A stretch of DNA of 59,390 bases, the filler included. It is 4 parts of 4 records of this genome, joined end to end, with 100 filler letters (N's around TTAATTAATTAA, not from the genome) between each part and the next. Parts side by side here need not be neighbours in the genome. Positions count along the whole stretch, not along the records: positions 26,656 to 43,233 come from SRR20825006_2819; positions 43,334 to 53,681 come from SRR20825006_2831; 2 more parts are not named here. The stretch is one strand, 5' to 3'. A model generated the notes under the pieces. It saw only the letters and a program-made list of their open reading frames with translations. It ran no database searches and was not told the DNA's origin. Each line of letters begins with the position of its first letter. Position 1 is the stretch's first letter. Shown one piece after another: positions 38,233 to 47,639 of this stretch. A program made the translations under genes and the position numbers.

Positions 38233-39773
38233 CAGAGGCTCTCCAGATAGGACACAAGCGCATCACGGTCGGGTTTGGGCATGTTCACGACCCGGTCGCG
38301 GGCCAGTTGGGCCTCGCCGCGGTGCCACAGGATCGCCTCCAGCAACGACCGCGCGCGCCCGTCGTGCAGAAACAGCGTATGCCCCGAGACCTGCTGCGTC
38401 AAACCGATGCCCCACAGCGGGGCGGTGCGCCATTCTGTGCCATCGGCCACCGCTTCAGGCCGGTTGTCGGCCAGACCGGGGCCCATGTCGTGCAGCAGCA
38501 TGTCGGTGTGCGGCCAGATCAGCTGAAAGCTTTGCTCGGGACGGTCGGTCAGGCGGCTGGTGACAAAGGACGGCTGGTGGCAGGACGCGCAACCTGTATC
38601 GTAAAACACCTGTTTGCCGCGCAACACCTGCGGATCGTCCACATTACGCCGCGCAGGCACCGCCAGATTGCGCGAATAGAACACAACCAGATCCAGCCCC
38701 TCCTGGTCAATCTCGAAGCCGCGCACATCGCCGTCGCCATGCGGTGCCTTGCGACAGGCATCCTGAATGGTCGAGCATTCGCCAAAGGGATCGCGGTAGA
38801 GCGGATTTGAAATGCCGATGTCACCGGCAAAGGCACCCGCACTTTGCTGCAGGACCGTGGGTGCGCCCGCCTTCAGGCCGAAACGGCCCAGCATGGGGCG
38901 GTTGAACTCGTCCGACCAGACCACATTGGGGCGGCCCGAAATGCCGTCGCCGTCTGCGTCGTCGGGGTCGGCCAGCGCCAGAATGTCGGCGGCGGGGATC
39001 GCTTCGAGCAGGCCCAGACCGATCATCTGCGGTGCCACGCGGGGCGACAGCATCGCCTGCGGGTGCAGCGGGCCATAGCCCAGATCGGCGGCGGTGTAGG
39101 TCGGATCGCGCAGCATCACCGTGGTGCCATCGGCCAGCGTCACGGCGCGTTCCTCATAGTCGATCTGCAGCCGGTATTCCGCCGGAATGCCCGGCAGGGC
39201 AAAGTCCTGCAATTGCGTGCCATAGGTCGGGTCGGGGGCCGTGCCCAGGTAATCCTTGATCTCCGCGATTCCCGCCGCCGCGTCTGGGATCGAAATGCGC
39301 AGGAACATCGACACCGCGTTTTCCGCATTCGGCCCCGGCGGATGGCCGCGCCCGTCCTTGAGGTGGCACCGTTGGCAGGACCGCGCGTTATAGAGCGGTC
39401 CCAGGCCATCCGAGGCCAGTGTGGACGATGGGGCCGAGACCCAGATCTTGCGGAACAGCCCGTTGCCGACCTTGAAATTCAGCTCGTCCTCGAAGCTGAT
39501 GTTGGCGGAGGGTTGCGAAAACGCATCGGCGTTGGGTTTGACACGCACGGTGGCCGCACCACCGGGCAAGTCCTCGAACCGTTGCGGCGCAGTGAAATCC
39601 CGCGGCGGTGCCAGAACGTTGGCGATGCGCTCGGCTTCGGCGGGGGTGCGGGGAACCACGTTCAGGTGCGGGTCGTCCGCGATGCCTGCATAGCGGTCGG
39701 ATTGTGCGTCTGCCTGCGACAGCAACATTGTGCCGAAACAGGCCGCGACAAAGAGTGATCTTGTTATCTTCAT
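38232..39773 (-). CDS. Di-haem oxidoreductase family protein (DUF1111/DHOR)
   Basis: Two CxxCH motifs (CQRCH, CASCH); DGLGPLYNA, SPRVAP.MIGLGLLEAI, GRFGLKA, EWRT.PLWG.G, LHDGRAR; start approximate. Confidence 0.93.
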   Translation of the reverse strand: MKITRSLFVAACFGTMLLSQADAQSDRYAGIADDPHLNVVPRTPAEAERIANVLAPPRDFTAPQRFEDLPGGAATVRVKPNADAFSQPSANISFEDELNFKVGNGLFRKIWVSAPSSTLASDGLGPLYNARSCQRCHLKDGRGHPPGPNAENAVSMFLRISIPDAAAGIAEIKDYLGTAPDPTYGTQLQDFALPGIPAEYRLQIDYEERAVTLADGTTVMLRDPTYTAADLGYGPLHPQAMLSPRVAPQMIGLGLLEAIPAADILALADPDDADGDGISGRPNVVWSDEFNRPMLGRFGLKAGAPTVLQQSAGAFAGDIGISNPLYRDPFGECSTIQDACRKAPHGDGDVRGFEIDQEGLDLVVFYSRNLAVPARRNVDDPQVLRGKQVFYDTGCASCHQPSFVTSRLTDRPEQSFQLIWPHTDMLLHDMGPGLADNRPEAVADGTEWRTAPLWGIGLTQQVSGHTLFLHDGRARSLLEAILWHRGEAQLARDRVVNMPKPDRDALVSYLESL

Positions 39774-39777
39774 AAAC

Positions 39778-39794
39778 CTGAGCAATATTGTCAG
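39778..39794. promoter_or_regulatory. Iron-Rhodo/IRO-like operator (cTGA-N9-TCAg)
   Basis: CTGAGCAATATTGTCAG in the short divergent region between the iron-cluster operon and the unknown-gene/dps operon. Confidence 0.65.
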
Positions 39795-39844
39795 AAATTG
39801 GAGTCGTCCAGCGCTTTGTGACCCTTATACACGCGGGTTTGATC

Positions 39845-40267
39845 ATGAAACCGTCTTATATCCAGCCTTTGTATGCACCCGATTGCACGCCTGTGGAACC
39901 CGACCGGACCACATTGTCTGCGCTGCGCATTGCCGCATGCGGGTGCCGCGCCTCTGCACGGCTGGGGGTTGAGCAGGCCTGTGCCATGATCGACGCATCG
40001 CCGGACAAGGCCCTGCACACCCTTCTGGGCGCATTGCCCGAGGCTTTTGGCCATCCGACACGGTTCTTTCGGGTGGGCGAGGTCGAGTTGAGTTTTGACG
40101 AACGCTGGGTGCTGGCGGCCATCGACGCGGCCAGCCGGTCCGACAGCGACAGCCTGTATTTTCTGATCGCCCGACGCGTACCGGCCCATTTGCGCCGATG
40201 GGTCGCTTTTTTGATCCGACGCGTTGCCGATACATGCGGTCAACATACATTCTATACAAACAACTGA
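39845..40267 (+). CDS. Hypothetical Cys-containing protein, co-oriented with dps
   Basis: 140 aa from ATG 39845; ACGCRASAR..QAC and ELSFDERW motifs; stop 11 nt before the dps start. Confidence 0.7.
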   Translation: MKPSYIQPLYAPDCTPVEPDRTTLSALRIAACGCRASARLGVEQACAMIDASPDKALHTLLGALPEAFGHPTRFFRVGEVELSFDERWVLAAIDAASRSDSDSLYFLIARRVPAHLRRWVAFLIRRVADTCGQHTFYTNN

Positions 40268-40278
40268 AGGAGCACCCG

Positions 40279-40749
40279 ATGGGACAACCTGTATCCGAAA
40301 TCAGCACCAGCGCACGCGAGGCCATTGCCGAGGCGTTGAATCAGGCCGTGGCCGAAACCGCCGTGGCGACCATGCTGGCGCAAAACTTTCACTGGAACGT
40401 CAAAGGTATGGCCTTTGGCCCGCTGCACGCGTTGTTCCAGACACTTTACGAGGATCACTTCGTCGCGCAGGACGATCTGGCCGAACGTATCCGTGCACTG
40501 GATTGCCATGCCGAGGGCCAGCTGGCCGGTATGCTGAAGCGGTCGAAGATCTCTGAACATGACGGGCATCAGTCCGACAAGGAAATGATCCAGATCCTGC
40601 TGGACGCGCAGGAACAGCTGTCGGCAACCCTGTCCGGGCTTGAGCATGTTTCGAGCGAGAACGGCGACACGCTGACCGAGGATCTGGCGATCGAGCGCGG
40701 TCGCGTTCACGAGAAATTCGCATGGATGCTGCGCGCCCATCTGGCGTGA
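40279..40749 (+). CDS. dps: Dps family mini-ferritin
   Basis: NFHWNVKG..F..LH.LF, D.LAERIRAL, D..T.D, HEKFAWML; AAGGAG RBS. Confidence 0.95.
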   Translation: MGQPVSEISTSAREAIAEALNQAVAETAVATMLAQNFHWNVKGMAFGPLHALFQTLYEDHFVAQDDLAERIRALDCHAEGQLAGMLKRSKISEHDGHQSDKEMIQILLDAQEQLSATLSGLEHVSSENGDTLTEDLAIERGRVHEKFAWMLRAHLA

Positions 40750-40761
40750 TATGTTGAAGCG

Positions 40762-40796
40762 GGCCGCGTTCTGAGATTTCGCGAACAGACGCGGCC
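40762..40796. terminator. GC-rich hairpin between convergent dps and lysR
   Basis: GGCCGCGT...ACGCGGCC arms with inner TCTG/CAGA pairing; no clear U-tract. Confidence 0.35.
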
Positions 40797-40843
40797 TGAA
40801 CTTACCGCAGCGTGCCCCGGACCGTCCGCGGCATGCTGCGCGT

Positions 40844-41812
40844 TCAGAACGGACGTTGCTGCCATGCGGCTTGGGGCACAATGTCTTCGACCTGCATCCG
40901 GTGCTGCGCCATCAAGGCCTTCATATCTTCGGCGTGTGCCGCGGCCTGCGTTTCGGCCCAGCCCAGAAACACCTGTACAGGGCGGCGTTTGACAAAGCGG
41001 GCGGGGCAGCGGACCCAATGTGCGGGAAAGCGCAGGACCGGCAGGTCGGGGCAGACCGGAACAAGATCGCCCGCCTGCATTTCCGCCGTCGCCAGCGCCA
41101 TGGATTCCAGCACCACACCAGCGCCGTCCAGGGCCAGCTGGATCGCCATGGACGAACGGTCCATCAGCACGGTTTTGCGGTTGTTCGCCCCTGTCACCTT
41201 GTTGTGCCACAGCCAGAAATCCCATTGCACGTGGGCGCGCGGGCTGTCGATCAGGCGGGCCTGCGACAGCGGATCAGTGTCGGGCAGCCCGGCCAGATAG
41301 TCTGGGTGCGCCAGCGGCAGGATGTGATCGTACACAAGCGGTTTGCACCACAGTCCCGGCCAGTCGCCGGTGCCATAGCGGATGTCCATGTCCATGATCT
41401 CGCGGTCGAAATCGGTGGGGTCGGGGGCGGCGTCCACCCGCAGGTCCCAGTCAGGGTAACGGGTCAGGAAATCGGCCAGACGCGGCCCCAGCCAACGCAC
41501 GCCAAAGCTGGGCGATACGCGCAGGTTCAGCCGGTGCGATGTGCGGGTGCGGCCCAGGTTGGCCTGAGCATCGGTCAGCATCCGCAGCGCCGTCCCTGCG
41601 GTTTGCGCCAGCAACTCGCCCTCCAGCGTCAGGCTGAGCACGCGGCCTGCGCGGCGAAACAGCTTGACCCCCAGTTGCTGCTCCAGCAGCTTGATCTGCT
41701 GGCTGACGGCCGAGGGCGAGACTGACATTTCTTCGGCCGCGCGGGCCAGGCTGCCCCGACGGGCGACGGCCTCGAAGTAGGGCAGGGCGTGCAGGTTGGG
41801 CGCGCGGCTCAT
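40844..41812 (-). CDS. LysR family regulator (GcvA-like)
   Basis: LPYFEAVARRGSLARAAEEMSVSPSAVSQQIKLLE..LG.KLF.R, PSFG.RWL.PRL, D.DIRYG.G.W. Confidence 0.95.
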   Translation of the reverse strand: MSRAPNLHALPYFEAVARRGSLARAAEEMSVSPSAVSQQIKLLEQQLGVKLFRRAGRVLSLTLEGELLAQTAGTALRMLTDAQANLGRTRTSHRLNLRVSPSFGVRWLGPRLADFLTRYPDWDLRVDAAPDPTDFDREIMDMDIRYGTGDWPGLWCKPLVYDHILPLAHPDYLAGLPDTDPLSQARLIDSPRAHVQWDFWLWHNKVTGANNRKTVLMDRSSMAIQLALDGAGVVLESMALATAEMQAGDLVPVCPDLPVLRFPAHWVRCPARFVKRRPVQVFLGWAETQAAAHAEDMKALMAQHRMQVEDIVPQAAWQQRPF

Positions 41813-41822
41813 GGCGGCCGCG

Positions 41823-42497
41823 TCAGTCGGTGCCGGTGGGGCTGTTGGCCTCAAGCTCTTGCTTGATCACGCCGATGATGTCGTCGCCAAGCTTGTCCAG
41901 GTGAACGCCGATGGCCGCGCGGATCGCCTGGGGATCACGGGCGCGCAGGGCGGCGACGATCTGGCGGTGATGCGAGATGACCCGTTCGCGGTTGCGCCGT
42001 TTGACCGCCGCCAGAAACCGCGACCGCCACAGGCGCGCCAGGAAAGTGCGGTGGATTTCGGCCAATGGTGCGTTGTGCGACGCCCGCGCGATGGCGGAAT
42101 GAAAGCTCATGTCGATCTCGAACAGGTCGAGCGGGTCGGCGGTGTCAAACAGGTCGGCCATCTGTTCGACGATCTGCTCGATCTCGTCGATGTCCGCATC
42201 CGTCGCGCGTCCGCATGCCAGTTCGCCCGAAAGCTTTTCCACGGCCAGCAACACTTCGACCTCGTCCGAGACCTGGTTGATCGAGGGGATCGAAACGATG
42301 GGGCTGCGCGCGGGGCGCAGGTCAACCAGACCTTCCTTTGCCAGAATGCGCACAGCTTCACGCAGGGGCGTGCGGCTGACCCCCATTTCTGTCGCGTTGT
42401 CGCGTTCCTTGATGCTGGCACCGGGGGGCAGTTTGCCCCGCAGGATGTTGCGGCGCAGCTGGTTTGCGATCTGCTCGGACAGTGGGTTTTCGGTCAT
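41823..42497 (-). CDS. GntR family regulator (FCD domain)
   Basis: LSEQIANQLRRNILRG.L.PG, GVSRTPLREA, D..FH..IA.ASHN, H..I..AL. Confidence 0.95.
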   Translation of the reverse strand: MTENPLSEQIANQLRRNILRGKLPPGASIKERDNATEMGVSRTPLREAVRILAKEGLVDLRPARSPIVSIPSINQVSDEVEVLLAVEKLSGELACGRATDADIDEIEQIVEQMADLFDTADPLDLFEIDMSFHSAIARASHNAPLAEIHRTFLARLWRSRFLAAVKRRNRERVISHHRQIVAALRARDPQAIRAAIGVHLDKLGDDIIGVIKQELEANSPTGTD

Positions 42498-42564
42498 AAA
42501 GTGTCCATCACCTGAAGGGGCCGGGCTGGGTATCGCATGTTCTGCGCGACATGTCTCCGTTTTC

Positions 42565-42635
42565 AATTTGGTATACCGAAATTTGTTGATTGTCGATATG
42601 TGACCCGCTAGGCTCCTGGCAGATGGTATACCATC
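42565..42635. promoter_or_regulatory. Two FadR/GntR-type operators
   Basis: AATTTGGTATACCGAAATT (42565-42583) and the perfect palindrome GATGGTATACCATC (42622-42635) between divergent gntR and dctP. Confidence 0.7.
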
Positions 42636-42711
42636 CTGACCAACTTCTGGTTGCAGAAGTATGGAATGAAAAAGAGGGCGGCCTCGATGTCGCTTAGGGA
42701 GGAAAGACATA

Positions 42712-43233
42712 ATGAAACTGAAGACACTTTTGCTGTCGACAGCTGCCGCGGCTATGGTTGCAGGCAGCGCGTTCGCACAGGATGTGACGTTGCGCATCCA
42801 GACCCACTATGCCACCGAACACCCCACCGGCAAGCTGCTGGCCCAGTGGATTGACGATGTTCAGACCATGTCCGATGGCGAGATTTCCATCGAAATGTTC
42901 TATTCATCCTCGGTGGTTGCCACGACCGAGACATTTGACGCCGCGATCAACGGCATCCTTGATTGCGACGCCACGGGCGGCGCCTATCAGACCGGCAAGA
43001 ACCCCGCGTTCCAGTTCGTCGGCGACATCATGGGCGGCTATGACACGCCATGGCAGCAATACAGCTGGCTGTATTACGGTGACGGCTATGCCGCCGCCCA
43101 AGAGCTGTACAACGCCCAGGGCATGCAGCTGATCGGCTGGTCGATTTACGGTCAGGAATCACTGTCCTCGTCCAAACCCCTGGCCGGTTTCGAAGACGTC
43201 AAAGGCTGGAAATTCCGCTCGCCTCCGGGCATG
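42712..43233 (+). CDS. dctP: TRAP transporter substrate-binding protein, truncated by contig end
   Basis: Signal peptide; V..MSDGEI.IE.F....VV...ETFDA..NGILD, Y.TGKNPA, D.KG.K.R.P; GGGAGG RBS. Confidence 0.88.
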
Positions 43234-43333
43234 NNNNNNNNNNNNNNNNNNNNNNNNNNNNNNNNNNNNNNNNNNNNTTAATTAATTAANNNNNNNNNNN
43301 NNNNNNNNNNNNNNNNNNNNNNNNNNNNNNNNN
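43234..43333. other. Artificial contig-joining linker
   Basis: 44 N + TTAATTAATTAA + 44 N. Confidence 0.99.
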
Positions 43334-43587
43334 AGACCTATTTCACCGTCGGCCCGAAAGAGGCCCGCGCCTGGACCATCCGCCAGGGCACATCCGCGCC
43401 CAAAGCGGCCGGCGTGATCCACGGCGATTTCGAAAAAGGCTTCATTCGCGCCGAAACCATCGCTTATGACGATTTCGTGGGCCTTGGTGGCGAGCAGCCT
43501 GCGAAAGAGGCAGGCAAGATGCGCTCAGAAGGCAAGAGCTACGTCGTCAAGGACGGCGATGTGCTGCACTTCCTGTTCAACACCTGA
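43334..43587 (+). CDS. ychF: Ribosome-binding ATPase YchF, C-terminal fragment (not in ORF track)
   Basis: Frame from 43336: [46 protein letters not shown]...[28 protein letters not shown]. Confidence 0.96.
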
Positions 43588-43622
43588 ATTAGATCAGGGG
43601 GGAAACCTTCCCCCCCTGCAGA

Positions 43623-44192
43623 CTACAGTCCCTTGCGCGCAATGGTCTCGGCCAGCCGTCCGACAGCCTGTCCCCGTGCGGCGGCAATGGCAGTGGGCGA
43701 CCCGGTGTCCCCGACAATCGGCTCTTCGAGGGCGAATGATCCCGCGCTGGCGCGGCCCCCTGCTTCGGGTGCGATGAAATACTGACCGGACAGGCGGAAC
43801 ACCCCTTCGGCCGTGGCCAGCATCTCTTCGATCCGCACATCGACCTTGGCCGCGGCATAGGCGCGGAAGGGCCAGGGTTCGGGGGCTACGGTCACGCCCG
43901 TGATGGCGCCCAGATCGCGCGAGAGCTGCAGGGTGATCGACCGGGCGGGCAGGTCGGCCCACAGCGTGCCCATGGGCGATATGGTGCCGTCCGCAGCGCG
44001 CATATAGATGTCTTCGGCAGCGGCATAGCTGGGCAGGGTCACCTCGGACACTTCAAGGCTGGAAAAACTGGATCGCACACGTGTCTCGGGCGCGCTGACG
44101 GGGGATGCGACGCGCACTTCGGTGGACCCGCAGGCGGCAATCAGCGTCACAAGGCCAAGGGCAGCCATACTGCCGGTATTGATCATTTTCAT
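43623..44192 (-). CDS. pqiC: PqiC family lipoprotein (ABC auxiliary)
   Basis: Lipobox IAAC; V..V.LP.Y, LWAD, PWP, VDVRI..G...L.G; last gene of the pqi operon. Confidence 0.85.
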   Translation of the reverse strand: MKMINTGSMAALGLVTLIAACGSTEVRVASPVSAPETRVRSSFSSLEVSEVTLPSYAAAEDIYMRAADGTISPMGTLWADLPARSITLQLSRDLGAITGVTVAPEPWPFRAYAAAKVDVRIEEMLATAEGVFRLSGQYFIAPEAGGRASAGSFALEEPIVGDTGSPTAIAAARGQAVGRLAETIARKGL

Positions 44193-44196
44193 AAGG

Positions 44197-46296
44197 TCAC
44201 CGTCCCAGGATAAGCGAGTTTGGATTGCGTTCGATGGCCCGCGCCAGCCGTTCGATGGCCGAGGCCGCTGCCTCGATCTGACGCAGCGCGGCGCTGGTTT
44301 CGCGCGAGAATGCAGATTCGCGCCCATAGTTGTTCAGCGTGGCCGCCGCTTGATTTGCGACGTTGCGCAGCTGCGTGGCGATACCGGGCAGCAGCTTGGT
44401 GGCCTCTTCGACCGCCGATGCCGCGTCACGCGCCGAAGCCAGCGTGGCGTTGGCATTGTCCACCAGCCCGCCGTCGCGCAGCTCTTCCAGCGTCAGGGTC
44501 AATTGCGCCAGCGCCTCGTTCAGCTCTTGCGGCAGCGCGCGGGTCGACGGCTGGTCGATCAGCGCATTTGCCGCCGCCAGCAGTTCGGTTGTGCGGTCCG
44601 CCAGCGTTTTCAGCGACACCTCGGCGGCGTCGTCCAGAATGGCGCTGGCCTGTTCCACGATACCGGGCAGGCCGTCGGCGGCGGTTTTTACGCTGTCGAT
44701 CGAGCTGATCAACTGGTCAACCACGCCCTTGCGTTCGATCTCGGTGACGATTGTGTTCAGCTTGCCCGAGATCTGTTCGAGGTCTTTCAAGACAACCGAA
44801 ACCTGACCGGGGATCGCCTTTACATCGTCGCTTTCGACCACGCCGCGCACGCCAGACAGGATGCCGCGCAGCTCTTCGGGGGCCTCTTGCAACGCTTGCG
44901 AGCCGACAAGGGCCGTGGCGTTGTCCAGAAAGGCGATGGCGGATTGCATGACTTCCTCGATGGGCAGGTCGTTCACCCGCTGCAACACACCCTGCGCCGA
45001 GGTCGCGACATCGGTGATCTCGGCATCGGTGGTGGGCATGATCGGGTAAGGTTCAGCAGTGCGGATCAGTTCCGCCTCGGGGGCGTTCGGCACGTCGACC
45101 AGCCGGATTTTCAACGATCCGGTCAGCAGCGACGCGTTGGTCAATTGCCCGCGCATCCCCGCAGCAACGCGCCGCGACAGGAAATCAAGCAGATCCTCGT
45201 CGCCCGCCTGGTCCCCCAGCCCGACCCGGCTGGGGTTGATCCGCATGGTGGTCATCAGCCGCACATTGTCGTCGCCGAACCGGTCGGCATCGACCAGCCC
45301 CGTCAGCGAGGCCACTTCGCCCACGCGCAGACCGCCCAGCTCCACGGGCGCACCGGCGCTCAGCCCGGACAGGTTTTGTTCAAAGATCATGGTCAGGGTC
45401 GCGCTGTTGCTTTCGCCGTCCCCTTCAACCAGGAAATCGTTGCGCGCGGTTTCTTCGTCCGCGAACAGCTCGAACGTCGCGTCATTGACAAGCGGCGCAC
45501 CGCCCGATCCCATTGTATCAAAGGTGATCCCGCCCGAAATCAGCGAGGCAAAGCTGTCAAAGTTGATCTGCGCACCCGCAGCGCCCAGCGAGAAGGAAAA
45601 GCCCGAGACATCCCAGAACCGCGTGCCGGTGGTCACCAAAGTGGTGTAAGGCGCATAGATCACGGCTTTGGCCGCGACACCTGTGCCGTCTTCATTGATC
45701 TCGGCGGCGCCGACCTGACCCACCTGCAACCCTTTGTACAGAATGGGTGTGTTGGCCGTGGGCAGGCTTTCGGGCGAGCGCAGGGTAAATTGAATTCCCT
45801 CGCGGTCCGCACCCAGCAGGGGGGCGGTGGAGAGGCCCGCAAATTCGGTCTGAAAGCCTCCGGCCGTGCCATCCCATGTGCCCTGAATGTAGACGCCTGA
45901 CAAAACCGTATCCAGCCCGGTGACCCCCTGGGCCGAAACCTCGGGCCGCACGACCCAGAACTGCGACTCGCTGTCGATGAATTCGGCCAGATCCTTGGAC
46001 ACCCGCACGCCGACGCGCACCTGTTTCAGATCATCGGTAAAGCCCACGTTCTCGACCAGCCCCACGCGTATGTCTCGAAAGCGCAGCTCGGTTTCACCCG
46101 CCTTGACGCCTGCGGCATTCTCAAAGGTGATCTCGATCAGCGGGCCCTGCTGGTTGAAATTGTTCCACGCAGCCCCCAGCGCGACGACAAGCGCCAGAAT
46201 GGGGATCATCCAGATGAACGAAATCCCTTCCCAGAACTTGGGCTTGCCCTCTTCGACGGGAACGGGATCGGGGGTCGGCGTACTGTGGTCGGACAT
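44197..46296 (-). CDS. pqiB: PqiB family multi-MCE (MlaD) protein
   Basis: IWMIP.LA, GP.I.ITF..A.G..AG.T..R, FWVVRP, GL.T.LSG.YI, TRFW..SG, GL..GAPV...G..VGEV, L...SLLTG, long helical region, ERNPNSLI.GR; 699 aa. Confidence 0.93.
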   Translation of the reverse strand: MSDHSTPTPDPVPVEEGKPKFWEGISFIWMIPILALVVALGAAWNNFNQQGPLIEITFENAAGVKAGETELRFRDIRVGLVENVGFTDDLKQVRVGVRVSKDLAEFIDSESQFWVVRPEVSAQGVTGLDTVLSGVYIQGTWDGTAGGFQTEFAGLSTAPLLGADREGIQFTLRSPESLPTANTPILYKGLQVGQVGAAEINEDGTGVAAKAVIYAPYTTLVTTGTRFWDVSGFSFSLGAAGAQINFDSFASLISGGITFDTMGSGGAPLVNDATFELFADEETARNDFLVEGDGESNSATLTMIFEQNLSGLSAGAPVELGGLRVGEVASLTGLVDADRFGDDNVRLMTTMRINPSRVGLGDQAGDEDLLDFLSRRVAAGMRGQLTNASLLTGSLKIRLVDVPNAPEAELIRTAEPYPIMPTTDAEITDVATSAQGVLQRVNDLPIEEVMQSAIAFLDNATALVGSQALQEAPEELRGILSGVRGVVESDDVKAIPGQVSVVLKDLEQISGKLNTIVTEIERKGVVDQLISSIDSVKTAADGLPGIVEQASAILDDAAEVSLKTLADRTTELLAAANALIDQPSTRALPQELNEALAQLTLTLEELRDGGLVDNANATLASARDAASAVEEATKLLPGIATQLRNVANQAAATLNNYGRESAFSRETSAALRQIEAAASAIERLARAIERNPNSLILGR

Positions 46297-46299
46297 GGT

Positions 46300-46944
46300 T
46301 CAAGAGGTCTTTCGGGGTTGTTGACGACGCACGGCATCCCAGATCAGCCGGGGATCAAAGGCCTGAGCGGATAACATGGTGCAAATGACGGACAAAGCAA
46401 AGGTCATGGCCGCAGGTCCCGGCTGGATCGAAGCGACCACCGACAACTGCACAAGCGATGACAGGATTGCCACGACAAAGACGTCGATCATGGACCAGCG
46501 GCCGATGAATTCGACGATCTCGAACATATGGGTGCGGGTGCGGGGGGGCACGGTCGATCCGCGCCGGGCGCTGATCGCCAGAAAGGCAATCGCCAGAAAC
46601 TTGCCCACGGGGATCAGGACACTGGCAATCAGGATGATCGCGGCCACGCCAAAGCTGCCATGATGGGCCAGCTCGACCGCGCCGCCGATGATGGTGTTTT
46701 CGGTATGCGACACCAGCGTGTTGGTTTTCAGCATTGGATAGAGGTTGGCCGGAATATAGGCGATGACGCCCGCGATCCACCACGCCCAGACCTTTTGCAG
46801 GCTTCTGGCATCGCGCGATTCCAGATGGCTGCCACAGCGCCCGCAGCGCGCCTGACCCATCGGCCAGACCCGCGCACAGCGGCGGCAGGCCACCAGGCCC
46901 GCATCGCGCGCCGTCAGTCGTTTTCCAGCTCGAGCGATTTCCAT
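46300..46944 (-). CDS. pqiA: Paraquat-inducible protein A, second half-gene
   Basis: C..C..C.RC, YIPANLYP, TI.GG, AS..IP..K, VEFIGRWSMIDVFVV, FDPRLIWD; start approximate. Confidence 0.92.
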   Translation of the reverse strand: MEIARAGKRLTARDAGLVACRRCARVWPMGQARCGRCGSHLESRDARSLQKVWAWWIAGVIAYIPANLYPMLKTNTLVSHTENTIIGGAVELAHHGSFGVAAIILIASVLIPVGKFLAIAFLAISARRGSTVPPRTRTHMFEIVEFIGRWSMIDVFVVAILSSLVQLSVVASIQPGPAAMTFALSVICTMLSAQAFDPRLIWDAVRRQQPRKTS

Positions 46945-47567
46945 ACAGACCATGTACACAAGAAATTATCGTTAATCAGAACAAGGATGACCAGGGCGGA
47001 GAACATCCAGAATGCGGGGCCAAAACCGATATGGGCCAGATCCTGCACCTTGACCAGCGCGACGGCGCAGCCGATGGCAAAGACTTCGGCCATGGCCCAG
47101 GGCTTCAGCTCTTGCGACAGGCGGAAGGCGCGGCGCGCGTGGGGCAGGGCGGGGCGGTCGCGCACGACGGGGATCAGCACATAGAGGATCAGCACGGTGC
47201 GCAGCAGCGGCACGAATATGATCGCCGCCGCCACGAGGAATGACAGGAACACCATGTACCCGGACCGAAAGCTGGACGCCGCGTCCAGGATCGACGTCGA
47301 ATTGCCGATGCCACCCGCGTTGATGTCCAGAAACGGAAAGAACAGCGCCGCCACCACCAGGATCATCACCGTCAACGTCAGCGCGATCATCTTCTTGCCG
47401 GCCTTTGTGCGCGGCGCGATCAGCACCGTGTGGCAATGACTGCACACCGCGCGCCCGCCCTTCGCGGGCATCTGTGCCAGATACAACGCATCACAATGGG
47501 GGCAGGCGATCAGGTCTTCGATCGCCGCCTCCTCGGGCGTGGTCCGGGCAAGTGTTTCGGTCGTCAT
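46914..47567 (-). CDS. pqiA: Paraquat-inducible protein A, first half-gene
   Basis: IACPHCD, AVCSHC, FPFL, LKPWAMAEVF.IG..VALVK, GPAFW.F. Confidence 0.92.
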   Translation of the reverse strand: MTTETLARTTPEEAAIEDLIACPHCDALYLAQMPAKGGRAVCSHCHTVLIAPRTKAGKKMIALTLTVMILVVAALFFPFLDINAGGIGNSTSILDAASSFRSGYMVFLSFLVAAAIIFVPLLRTVLILYVLIPVVRDRPALPHARRAFRLSQELKPWAMAEVFAIGCAVALVKVQDLAHIGFGPAFWMFSALVILVLINDNFLCTWSVWKSLELEND

Positions 47568-47639
47568 GGCCGGGTCAGGCACTCCAAATTCTGCGGTCAA
47601 AGAGGCGATGCGGTGTGTTGCGCGCGCCAGAGTTTTGAT

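Noticed and set aside
43597-43616. GGGGGGAA-ACC-TTCCCCCC hairpin between convergent ychF and pqiC
   Set aside because: Probably an ordinary terminator or stabilising hairpin without a clear U-tract; not distinctive
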